29,446 nucleotides of DNA from Gemmatimonadales bacterium (GTDB taxonomy: Bacteria; Gemmatimonadota; Gemmatimonadetes; Gemmatimonadales; GWC2-71-9), in NCBI GenBank assembly GCA_037189525.1, contig JBBCJC010000009.1, forward strand, positions 1 to 29,446, read 5' to 3'. The notes under the pieces were generated by a model. That model did not search any database, was not told the origin of the DNA, and saw only the letters and a program-made list of their open reading frames with translations. Within the stretch, counting starts at the first letter, position 1. Each line of letters begins with the position of its first letter. Shown here in pieces: positions 17,535 through 25,917 of this stretch. The position numbers were made by a program, and so were the translations under genes.

Positions 17535-20390
17535 TCAGACGAAAGTCCTGGTTTCTCCGCTTCCGTACAGATTGCTGATCGCCCGTTGCGAAAGCAGGGG
17601 GTGCTCGGGATCGCTGCCCACATCTTCGCTATAGTGCCAGGTCAATGCGCATTTTTGGCCCGGCGCTTGCGTCACTTCGACCTGCAGTTGGCTGCCGGCA
17701 TGCAAAGTGGCGACCGAGGTGATGGTGACGAATTTGAGGTCGTTGCCGAGGCTGGCCAGCAGCGCATGGTCCTCCGGCGCCGCGGTAATGGCCACGGCTG
17801 CTTGCAGCGAAGATCCGATTTTGCCTTCGGAACGCATTTCTTCGATGCGCTTATTGACCACGTCGCGTATCTCGCGGATGCGGACCCATTTGGCCAACAA
17901 TGCCTGACTGTCGCCTTGCGCGGGAATATCCCAGAACGTTTCCACGAATATGCTGGACGAGCGTCCCGGCGCGAGTACTTGCCAGGCCTCCTCCGCAGTG
18001 AAGCTCAGGAAGGGGGCCATCCAGCGCAGCATTGCATGCGTGATGTGCCACAAGGCCGTTTGCGCGCTGCGGCGAGCCAGGCTTTTGGCTTTGGTGACGT
18101 ATAGCCTATCCTTGAGCACGTCCAGATAAAACGCGCCCAGGTCTTCACTGCAATAAACTTGCAATTTCGCGACTACTGGATGGAACTCATACGCCTTGTA
18201 GTGCTTGAGCACGTCTTGCTGGAACGCGCCGGCGCGCCCCAGCGCGTATCGGTCGATCTCGAGCAGTTCATCCAGCGGCACGGCGTCTTGTTCGTAATCG
18301 AAATCGCTAATGTTGGCGAGCAGAAAGCGCAGGGTGTTGCGGATGCGTCGATAGGCGTCCACGACTCGCGCCAGCACTTTGTCGTCGCCGGCGATGTCGC
18401 CGGAGTAGTCGCTGGAGGCGACCCAGAGCCGGATGATTTCCGCCCCAAGCTTCTTGCTGATCTCGTCGGGTTCGATGCCGTTGCCTAACGACTTGCTCAT
18501 TTTGCGGCCCTGGCTATCCACGGTGAAGCCGTGCGTGAGCAAGCCCTTGTAGGGCGCCCGGCCTTCGAGCGCGTTGGCCAGCAGCAGCGATGAATGGAAC
18601 CAGCCGCGATGCTGGTCGTGGCCCTCCAGGTACAGGTCCGCCTCCGGGCCGGTGTCGTGATGGGCTTCCGGGTGCGTGCCGCGCAGCACGTGGAAAAACG
18701 TCGATCCCGAATCGAACCAGACCTCCAGGATGTCGGTGCTCTTGGTGTAGCGCTGCGCGTCGTCGGCGCCCAGGATCTCTTCGGCGCTGACACGGCTCCA
18801 GGCCTCGATGCCGCCGTTTTCTATGATCTCGATGGCCTGATCAATGATCTCCATCGTGCGCGGGTGCAGCTCGCCGCTGTCCTTGTGCAGGAAGAACGGC
18901 AACGGAACGCCCCAGCTGCGCTGCCGGCTGATGCACCAGTCGGGGCGGTTGGCGATCATGTCGTGCAAGCGCGCTTTGCCGTTGGCGGGATAGAAGCTGG
19001 TGTGCTCGATCGCGGCGAGGGCCATCCGACGCAGCGTGGCGGGCGCTTTGTCGGAGGTGAACACGCCTTCGCCTTCGTCCATGCGGATGAACCATTGCGC
19101 TGCCGCGCGATAGATGACGGGCGTCTTATGGCGCCAGCAGTGCGGATAGCTGTGGGTGATGGTCACCGTGTTCAGCAGTCGGCCGGCCTCGCGCAGCGTG
19201 TCGATGATGAAGGGCGTGGCTTTCCAGATGTGCTGGCCGCCGAACAGCGGCAGGTCCGGCGCGTAGACGCCGTTGCCCTGCACGGGATTGATGATGTCGT
19301 CATATGCCATGCCGTTGTTGATGCATGAATTGAAGTCTTCCAGGCCGTAGGCGGGCGACGAGTGCACGATGCCGGTTCCATCGTCGGCTGTGGCATAGTC
19401 GGCCAAGTAAACGGGGCTGAGCCTGTCGTAGCCGGCATGGACTTGGGCCAGGGGATGATGAAAGGGCAAGTGATCCAGCGCTCGGCCCTGCGTCGTGGCG
19501 ATGACGCGTCCTTGCAAGCCCCAGCGTTCGAGACAGGCATCGACAAGCAGGCTGGCGACGATGAATAGGCTTCGCTCGGTATCCACCAGGCTGTATTCGA
19601 GCTCGGGGTTGACGTTCAGCGCCTGGTTGGCGGGCAGCGTCCAGGCCGTCGTCGTCCAGATGACGGCATACGCGTCCTTGGTCAATGCGTCCAGGCCGAA
19701 GGCGGCCGCCAGCATTGCCGGGTCTGCGCTTTTGAACGCGACATCCAGCGTCTGGGATTGCTTGTCCGCGTATTCAATTTCGAATTCCGCCAGCGACGAC
19801 CCGCAGTCGAAGCACCAGTAGACGGGCTTCAGGCCGCGATACACGAAGCCGCGCTGCATGACGCGCTTGAGGGCGCGCAGCTCGCCGGCCTCATTGGCGA
19901 AATCCATGGTTTTATAGGGATGGTCCCAATCGCCTAGCACGCCCAGCCGCTTGAACCCCGCCATCTGGATGCCGATCTGTTCGGTAGCGAAGGCACGGCT
20001 TTTGGCCTGCATGTCGGCGCGGGGTAGATTGCGGCCGTATTTTTTCTCGATGGCGTTCTCGATCGGCAGGCCGTGGCAGTCCCAGCCCGGCACGTAGATC
20101 GCATCGTAGCCTTCGAGCTGCCTGGCCTTGACGATCATATCCTTGAGGATCTTATTGACCGCGTGGCCCATGTGGATCTGGCCGTTGGCATAGGGCGGGC
20201 CATCGTGCAGAATGAACTTGGGCCTGCCGCATCGCGCTTGGCGCAGCTGCTTGTATATGCCTTGTTCCTCCCATTGCTTGATCCAGCCCGGCTCGCGCCT
20301 GGGCAGGTCGCCGCGCATCGGAAACGCCGTATCGGGCAGGTTGAGGAACTGGCGGTAATCGGTCTTCTTGGAGGAATCAATCGCTGACAT
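17535..20390 (-). CDS. ileS: Isoleucyl-tRNA synthetase, type 1, with degenerate C-terminal zinc finger
   Basis: [25 protein letters not shown] editing motif, [26 protein letters not shown]; 951 aa. Confidence 0.97.
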   Translation of the reverse strand: MSAIDSSKKTDYRQFLNLPDTAFPMRGDLPRREPGWIKQWEEQGIYKQLRQARCGRPKFILHDGPPYANGQIHMGHAVNKILKDMIVKARQLEGYDAIYVPGWDCHGLPIENAIEKKYGRNLPRADMQAKSRAFATEQIGIQMAGFKRLGVLGDWDHPYKTMDFANEAGELRALKRVMQRGFVYRGLKPVYWCFDCGSSLAEFEIEYADKQSQTLDVAFKSADPAMLAAAFGLDALTKDAYAVIWTTTAWTLPANQALNVNPELEYSLVDTERSLFIVASLLVDACLERWGLQGRVIATTQGRALDHLPFHHPLAQVHAGYDRLSPVYLADYATADDGTGIVHSSPAYGLEDFNSCINNGMAYDDIINPVQGNGVYAPDLPLFGGQHIWKATPFIIDTLREAGRLLNTVTITHSYPHCWRHKTPVIYRAAAQWFIRMDEGEGVFTSDKAPATLRRMALAAIEHTSFYPANGKARLHDMIANRPDWCISRQRSWGVPLPFFLHKDSGELHPRTMEIIDQAIEIIENGGIEAWSRVSAEEILGADDAQRYTKSTDILEVWFDSGSTFFHVLRGTHPEAHHDTGPEADLYLEGHDQHRGWFHSSLLLANALEGRAPYKGLLTHGFTVDSQGRKMSKSLGNGIEPDEISKKLGAEIIRLWVASSDYSGDIAGDDKVLARVVDAYRRIRNTLRFLLANISDFDYEQDAVPLDELLEIDRYALGRAGAFQQDVLKHYKAYEFHPVVAKLQVYCSEDLGAFYLDVLKDRLYVTKAKSLARRSAQTALWHITHAMLRWMAPFLSFTAEEAWQVLAPGRSSSIFVETFWDIPAQGDSQALLAKWVRIREIRDVVNKRIEEMRSEGKIGSSLQAAVAITAAPEDHALLASLGNDLKFVTITSVATLHAGSQLQVEVTQAPGQKCALTWHYSEDVGSDPEHPLLSQRAISNLYGSGETRTFV

Positions 20391-20414
20391 GGTAATCGTT
20401 CAATGGGAAAGCTT

Positions 20415-20484
20415 CGACAGGCTCGGTCCGAACCCGCGTAGGGTCGTTCGGGACGGCGGATTCCGTGTATCCGTGAGCCTGTCG
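20415..20484 (-). promoter_or_regulatory. Three-way-junction RNA structure in the ileS 5' leader
   Basis: A perfect 10-bp closing stem CGACAGGCTC (20415-20424) / GAGCCTGTCG (20475-20484) encloses two hairpins: CCGAAC..CCC-gcgta-GGG..GTTCGG and CGGAT-7nt-ATCCG. Confidence 0.6.
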
Positions 20485-20522
20485 GTCAGGAAGCGATACG
20501 CGGCATGCCGGGGGGGCACGCG

Positions 20523-20618
20523 TCAAATTCGGTCGCGGGTGATTTGCCTGCAAGTGCTGGCATGCATCGGGAGCAATGCCTGGACCAGGAAGGCGATCAG
20601 GGGAAATTTGGGATTCAT
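20523..20618 (-). CDS. Putative leader peptide (uORF) upstream of ileS: MNPKFPLIAFLVQALLPMHASTCRQITRDRI*
   Basis: Manual minus-strand translation gives 31 aa ending ATC ACC CGC GAC CGA ATT TGA. The ATG follows a TAGAAT hexamer after a 7-nt gap. Confidence 0.55.
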   Translation of the reverse strand: MNPKFPLIAFLVQALLPMHASTCRQITRDRI

Positions 20619-20625
20619 GAACAGC

Positions 20626-20631
20626 ATTCTA
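20626..20631 (-). promoter_or_regulatory. Candidate sigma70 -10 element (TAGAAT) for the ileS leader transcript
   Basis: The minus strand reads TAGAAT-gctgttc-ATG. No convincing -35 is seen. Confidence 0.45.
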
Positions 20632-20693
20632 GCGCATGCGCGTCCCGCTGAGGGCGGTGCCCGCATTGGGATGCATCATGGCTCGGTGCCGGC

Positions 20694-22661
20694 TCATGTT
20701 CTGAACGCGGGCAGATTGACGATGAAGGTCGAGCCCTCGCCCTTCGCGCTTTCCACGCGGATCGAGCCGCCGTGTCGGTGGATGACGGTTTTCACGAAGG
20801 CCAGGCCCAGGCCGGCGCCTGCTGGATTGTCCGGCGCATCGCCTTCGAGCCGCGAGAAAGGCACGAACAGGCTCTTCAGTTGGTCCTGACGCATGCCACG
20901 TCCCTGGTCCTGGATCCGCACCGTCCATGAGTCTTTCGCCTCGATTACGCTCCATGTGACGGTGGTGTTCGGCGGGCTGTATTTCAGGGCGTTGTCCAGC
21001 AGGTTGGAAAACGTCCGCGCCAGCATCGCGCTATCTCCAAGGATCCAGGCGTCGCCGGGGCTGTCGTCCTCGACGATTTCGATATGCCGATGTTGGGCTA
21101 TCGCCCAGAAATAATCCGCGCATTGCGTCAGCAGCTCGGACAGGTTCAAGGGATCCCGCGCCATTCGCGCCGCGTCGGCGCGGGCGAATTGCACGAAGCC
21201 GTCGACGAGCACCAGCGTTCTGTTGGCGTACTGGTCGATGCGATCCAGCAATTGATTGACGGGTATGGAAGTTGACGTGTTGCGTTGCAATTGCGTCAGC
21301 GCCAAGATGGAGTTCTGGGGAGACCGCATGTCGTGCGATAGGAAGCGCAAGGTCTCTTCCCGTTTTTGCTGCGCGTCGCGCAGCTGCGAAATCGCGTTGT
21401 GCAACTGGGATATGCGCGTGGGCAACGAACTGTTCCGTTCACCCTTGATGACGTGCGAATCGGAGCGATAAAGCGATTGGCGCTGTTTGTTCAAGGCGAC
21501 CAATTCTTCGTCTATGGTCTGAAGGGCGATTTCCTGGCTGCGCCAGTTCCAGATCGGGTATGCCAGCGCCACGCCGATCAGGCTGGGAGTGACCGGCATC
21601 CATACCAGGACATAATGCAACAATCCCAAGGCGATCAGCATGATGGAGAGCAGGATGCTCAGGGTCATGATGAGCGAGCGTCTGGGCGACAGGCGCGGAA
21701 TGACGAGACAGCTGAGCAGCACGGGCAAGCATGACAACAAGGCCAGCTGCCAGCTTGACGGAGATTGTATCCATCGGTCCCGCAGGGCGCTGAGCAGGCT
21801 GTTGGCCATGATTTCCACCCCTGACATGGCTTCGCCATCACGCGACACCGGGGTCGGAAAGGCGTCGCCCAAGCCCGTTCCCCAGGAACCTATCAGCACG
21901 TACTTGCCCCTGAAGGCCGCCGCCGGCACGAGGCCGTCCATCACTTTGGTGTACGGCACCATGTTGAAGCGGCCCGGAGGACCCGAATAGGGGATGAGCA
22001 GGGGCGCCTCTCCATATGCCGTGAAGCGCGAATAGGCGTCGTAGTTGCCCGCCGCGGCCAACATGGCGGCCAGGAAGTAATGGTGGCTCGCGCCGTCGCT
22101 CAGCTTCTGTACGGCCCGCAAGCCGCGAACCACGCCGTCGCTGCTCGGAAAGGCATTGATATAGCCCAGGTTCTTTGCCGCAGCCGCCAGCTCCGGTAGC
22201 GGCATGATGATTTCGCTTCTGTCGTTGCTGACGTGCGTGGGCAGCACGACTCTGCCGTGGTGGGCGATGGCCTGGGCCAGCACGGAATCGTCTTCGGGAT
22301 AGGCGGGATTTGTATCGTTGAACACGATGTCGATGCCGACGACTTTGGCTTCGTGCAAATGATCCAGCAGTCGGGCGTGCAGAGCGCGGCGCCAGGGCCA
22401 GTAGCCGTAATGTTCCAGGCTATCGTCATCGATCGCGATAATGATAATGTCATGGTCGTCGTCGGGCGCGCCCCTGTCGAGCGCCAGCGCCTGGTCGTAG
22501 AACGTTTGCTCGATATGGATCAGTCCCACGTTGCTGCTGAAGTAGCTGAGCGCTGCGGTCAGCGCCATCAGCAGAACGGTTGCAACGGCCCATTCCGTTC
22601 GGGTGCGTTTTTCCAGATTGCCCCAGAAGTGGCGCTCCTGGGCCGACATGGGGGCGCGCAT
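20694..22661 (-). CDS. CHASE2-domain sensor histidine kinase
   Basis: N-terminal TM; CHASE2 motifs IIIIAIDDDSL..GYWPWRR, VGIDIVF, DGVVR, GVEIMAN; 3 TMs; H-box LSHDMRSP, N-box NLLDNALKYS, G-boxes DQGRGM and GAGLGLAFV. Confidence 0.93.
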   Translation of the reverse strand: MRAPMSAQERHFWGNLEKRTRTEWAVATVLLMALTAALSYFSSNVGLIHIEQTFYDQALALDRGAPDDDHDIIIIAIDDDSLEHYGYWPWRRALHARLLDHLHEAKVVGIDIVFNDTNPAYPEDDSVLAQAIAHHGRVVLPTHVSNDRSEIIMPLPELAAAAKNLGYINAFPSSDGVVRGLRAVQKLSDGASHHYFLAAMLAAAGNYDAYSRFTAYGEAPLLIPYSGPPGRFNMVPYTKVMDGLVPAAAFRGKYVLIGSWGTGLGDAFPTPVSRDGEAMSGVEIMANSLLSALRDRWIQSPSSWQLALLSCLPVLLSCLVIPRLSPRRSLIMTLSILLSIMLIALGLLHYVLVWMPVTPSLIGVALAYPIWNWRSQEIALQTIDEELVALNKQRQSLYRSDSHVIKGERNSSLPTRISQLHNAISQLRDAQQKREETLRFLSHDMRSPQNSILALTQLQRNTSTSIPVNQLLDRIDQYANRTLVLVDGFVQFARADAARMARDPLNLSELLTQCADYFWAIAQHRHIEIVEDDSPGDAWILGDSAMLARTFSNLLDNALKYSPPNTTVTWSVIEAKDSWTVRIQDQGRGMRQDQLKSLFVPFSRLEGDAPDNPAGAGLGLAFVKTVIHRHGGSIRVESAKGEGSTFIVNLPAFRT

Positions 22662-22662
22662 A

Positions 22663-23763
22663 TCAGTAATCCGTCAGCAGTACCGGATCGCCGAAGGCGG
22701 TAAACACGTTTAGGCCGCTGGCCGTTTGCAGGCCGACGATGCTTTCAAACGCCAGAGAGGCGTCCTGGCCCATCACGCCGTCCTTGTCCACGGCGCGCAT
22801 GAACATATAGTGTGGCCCTGGCGAGGTACCGTTGAACGACACCGTCGGCGTGTCGGACAGCTTGCTGTAGACGAGGTTTTCGCCTTGCTCGTCGCGGCTG
22901 ACCCTGACCAGGTAAGCCGTGGCCTGGTCGACGGGCTGGGCGCTCACCATCCAGCCTTGCCCGGTGCGTACCGGCTCGCTCAGGGCGGGAGGCGCAAGCA
23001 AAGGACGTACGCCCAGCAGGCTTCCGTTCGGATCGATGGCGGCCCCTTGGTTGGCGCGCAACACGGCGCGGTCATTCTGCTTGGTATCGAGGTGCGCCAC
23101 GCCGCTCAAGAGTTCCGTCTGGTTTCCTTGGGGAGTGACGCGCACCCGTAAACGCGTGCCGCGTACGCCGGTAATGCTCACGGGGGCGCGAATTTCGAAT
23201 CGTCCGACACCTGTCTTTCCCGGCGCTACGTCGGCTTCGAGCCCGCCTTCGTCCACGGAGATGATCGCGTCGATGAGGCCTGTATTCTTGAATGCGCGCA
23301 GCCGGTCGATGATTACGACGGACTGGGCGGGGACGCTGACGTCGCTGCCGTCCTGCAGCGTCAATGTGGCGTAGCCGTCTTTCGCCGTGCGTATCGTGCG
23401 GCCTTCTGAGATCCGGTCGCCCACGCGCAACCGTGCGCCTTCCTCGGTGACCGCGCCCGAGAGGTGGCTGACGACGGCTTGCGAAGGGACCACTGGAATC
23501 AGGGAGAAAGGAATCTTCAGCAGCATCCCGACGGAGAGGCGATATTCATCGCCGATATTGTTGAGGGTCTTCAGCGTCTGCCAGTTATCGGGATTATCGG
23601 TATACGTCCCGGACAGTTGCAACAGGGTATCCCCGCCTTTGACGCGATACAGGAAATTCTCGCCCTCGGCGCCGACCGGCTGGGAAAATGCCGACGTCAG
23701 CGCGCCCAGGTACAGGAGCAGCAATGACAAGCAATAGCGAAACGGGATGGTGTCGAGCCTCAC
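22663..23763 (-). CDS. Exported LysM + FecR-domain protein
   Basis: Signal peptide; LysM-like YRVKGGDTL...NNI....LSVGMLLKIP; FecR-like IRTAKDGYATLTLQDGS and RFEIRAPVSITGVRGT; C-terminal beta-rich domain. Confidence 0.85.
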   Translation of the reverse strand: MRLDTIPFRYCLSLLLLYLGALTSAFSQPVGAEGENFLYRVKGGDTLLQLSGTYTDNPDNWQTLKTLNNIGDEYRLSVGMLLKIPFSLIPVVPSQAVVSHLSGAVTEEGARLRVGDRISEGRTIRTAKDGYATLTLQDGSDVSVPAQSVVIIDRLRAFKNTGLIDAIISVDEGGLEADVAPGKTGVGRFEIRAPVSITGVRGTRLRVRVTPQGNQTELLSGVAHLDTKQNDRAVLRANQGAAIDPNGSLLGVRPLLAPPALSEPVRTGQGWMVSAQPVDQATAYLVRVSRDEQGENLVYSKLSDTPTVSFNGTSPGPHYMFMRAVDKDGVMGQDASLAFESIVGLQTASGLNVFTAFGDPVLLTDY

Positions 23764-23774
23764 GGAAAGTGGCC

Positions 23775-24491
23775 TCAGGAAGGATAGGTTAGGTCGGAAG
23801 GTAGGTCGTTGACCAATTCGAGCCGGTAGCCCAGGGCATACGACGAGATTAGCCGCAAACCATTTTCAGGCCGCAATTGAAGTTTGCGGCGGATATTGGA
23901 TAAATGGGTATCGAGCGTTCTGGACGATGCCGGAATCTCTCTGTTCCAGATATTGAAGCTGATGACGTCACGGGAGAAAAGGCGTCCCGGATTGCGAAAT
24001 AGCAACAACGCCAGCTCATACTCTTTTGGGGCGAGTTCGATGGCTTGGCCGTGCAATAGGATGCAGTTGTTGTCAGGGTCGATGAAATAGGGGCCGCAGG
24101 AGAAAGCCTGATTCTGATCGGCGGCTTTACTGCGGCGCAGCAAGGCATGCAGCCTGGCCAGCAATTCACGGGCCTTGAGCGGTTTGGTTACGTAATCGTC
24201 GGCTCCTTCCTGCAGGCCGGTCACCAGGTCCGCTTCCTGGTCGCGATTGGTCAAGAAAACTACGGGGATCGAGCGCCCGAGATTCGCCCGTACCCATCTG
24301 ACGACATCCAGGCCGTTTACTCCCGGCATTTCCCAGTCGAGCAGCAGTAAATCGAAACTCGTGGGTTTTGCCAAGGCGGCAAGCAACTCTTTTCCTTGTG
24401 AAAAGGAAGTAATGGAATAACCGGCGTTCTTGAGCGTTTCGTTAATAAGCTGAGCTTGTGCAACGTCGTCTTCAAGCGATGCAATATTCAT
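23775..24491 (-). CDS. OmpR/PhoB-family response regulator
   Basis: Receiver domain LEDD, LLLLDWEMP, GADDYVTKP; winged helix ELAPKEYEL..SRTLDTHLSNIRRKL. Confidence 0.95.
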   Translation of the reverse strand: MNIASLEDDVAQAQLINETLKNAGYSITSFSQGKELLAALAKPTSFDLLLLDWEMPGVNGLDVVRWVRANLGRSIPVVFLTNRDQEADLVTGLQEGADDYVTKPLKARELLARLHALLRRSKAADQNQAFSCGPYFIDPDNNCILLHGQAIELAPKEYELALLLFRNPGRLFSRDVISFNIWNREIPASSRTLDTHLSNIRRKLQLRPENGLRLISSYALGYRLELVNDLPSDLTYPS

Positions 24492-24604
24492 TGGTAAGCT
24501 ACCGGAGGCAAAGTGGTTACGTCTTCGAACGGGGTTACGTCTTCGAACGGGGTTGCGTCATCGGACCCGGCCGGACTCGCGTCTGAATTCGTATCGCGTG
24601 ACAT
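24488..24604 (-). CDS. Possible 38-aa acidic small ORF coupled to the response regulator start
   Basis: MSRDTNSDASPAGSDDATPFEDVTPFEDVTTLPPVAYQ*; its TGA overlaps the regulator ATG (ATGA). No family recognised. Confidence 0.3.
   Translation of the reverse strand: MSRDTNSDASPAGSDDATPFEDVTPFEDVTTLPPVAYQ
24515..24568. repeat. 18-bp tandem direct repeat (2 exact copies + 1 degenerate)
   Basis: GGTTACGTCTTCGAACGG at 24515-24532 and 24533-24550, then GGTTGCGTCATCGGACCC. Confidence 0.9.
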
Positions 24605-24931
24605 TTCAACGTAGTACGATTCCCAGACGATCTTATTGTTTTCCTTATTATTATGTTGCCCTATTAACGGCGATGTCGCGATTGTAGGTGGTATTGCAAG
24701 CCGCAACAATGTCAACAATTTAAAAGCTACGCCTAGTTTCCCAAAAAGACCAGAAATGGTCGCAATAATGCCGTGCGCTACAAACAAAATTGCATCAACA
24801 TGCTTTTGTTGCAAAAAAAGTAACGGTGGAAACGAGTCGTATACTCATGTGGATCAATCAACGAGGGTCGGATCCCGCGAGTAAAACCCTTATCGGCAAA
24901 TCAGCTTTATTTAACTGGTCACGGCTATATT

Positions 24932-25798
24932 TTGAAGAGCTTCGGAGTCCTTCGCATCGCCACGTTCGAGCGCGGCGTAAGGGATGTGGGCGCATTCAAC
25001 AGCATCGACATCGATGTGGATGCGCGCGAGCCCGGCATCTGGTTGCTTTGGGCGGCCGAGGCGACGACTGTGGACTGCGAAACCGGGTCCATATACTTGC
25101 TGAAGCAAGAAATGCTGGTGCTGCAAGCCGGTGAATTATCGAAAAAGAGCCTGTCCGCTTTCAATGGCCGAGTGGCGTACGTTCCTAAGGCCTCCTTGGG
25201 GTTGGCGGATCGGCTCGTCGAATCCGCCGCTGGCTACTCGCTGCAGGCCAGTCCGGGTTGGGCCAGCATACTTTCCGCGTATTTGGAAAGTCTGAATCTT
25301 GCGGCCTTGCAAGTGGCCGACGCCTCGCCGGTGGGTAGGACACTCGTCGAGCATCATCTTCTGAGTCTGCTAAGGCAGATGCTGTCAACGTTGGGGCAGC
25401 CAGTGCTTGCTTGGGGAAGCGGCCGGCGCTCGATCGTAGATCGGGCGGAGTTATGGAATACCTTGCAAGCCTGGCTAGGTGAGCACTATAGCGATACAGC
25501 TGTTTCGGCCCAAAGGGTCGCCGATCAGTTCTCCATATCGGCACGTTACGTACACAAGCTTTTTGCGGAATATGGTAATGGACAGTCTTTTCTCGGCCAG
25601 TTGCAGGAGCTTCGCCTGAACAAGGCCAAAGAGTTGCTGCAAAACTCGTGCTACTCGAAGCTGTCGGTGGCGGAAATAGGCTGGTTTTGCGGCTACGTCG
25701 ATCCGGTTTATTTCGGTAAGGCTTTTCGGAAAAGTGTAGGGATGTCACCTGGTGAGTTTCGGAAAGTGAGGAAAAAGATACAAAGTGAATTGACTTAA
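24932..25798 (+). CDS. AraC/XylS-family transcriptional regulator (start uncertain)
   Basis: C-terminal double HTH: VADQFSISARYVHKLF...LRLNKAKELL...SVAEIGWFCGYVDPVYFGKAFRKSVGMSPGEFR. Confidence 0.88.
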   Translation: MKSFGVLRIATFERGVRDVGAFNSIDIDVDAREPGIWLLWAAEATTVDCETGSIYLLKQEMLVLQAGELSKKSLSAFNGRVAYVPKASLGLADRLVESAAGYSLQASPGWASILSAYLESLNLAALQVADASPVGRTLVEHHLLSLLRQMLSTLGQPVLAWGSGRRSIVDRAELWNTLQAWLGEHYSDTAVSAQRVADQFSISARYVHKLFAEYGNGQSFLGQLQELRLNKAKELLQNSCYSKLSVAEIGWFCGYVDPVYFGKAFRKSVGMSPGEFRKVRKKIQSELT

Positions 25799-25917
25799 CA
25801 CTTTTTGAGAATAAATTCCCAAAATAACCATGGTTGTGTAGGTTAAGACTACACGTGGATCCAATTCGGACCTCACCATGACCCTGTTGATGAATTAATT
25901 TCCGACAGGGGGTCGCA

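Noticed and set aside
17535..20390. ileS as a mupirocin-resistance (IleRS2/MupA-type) gene
   Set aside because: Length, HMGH signature and C-terminal domain are those of type-1 IleRS, so there is no sequence basis for a resistance call.
20391..20690. T-box riboswitch or Zur box upstream of ileS
   Set aside because: No T-box consensus (UGGNACC-type bulge with terminator) and no clear Zur-type palindrome are visible.
24515..24568. CRISPR-like array
   Set aside because: The repeats are contiguous with no spacers, and no cas genes are present.
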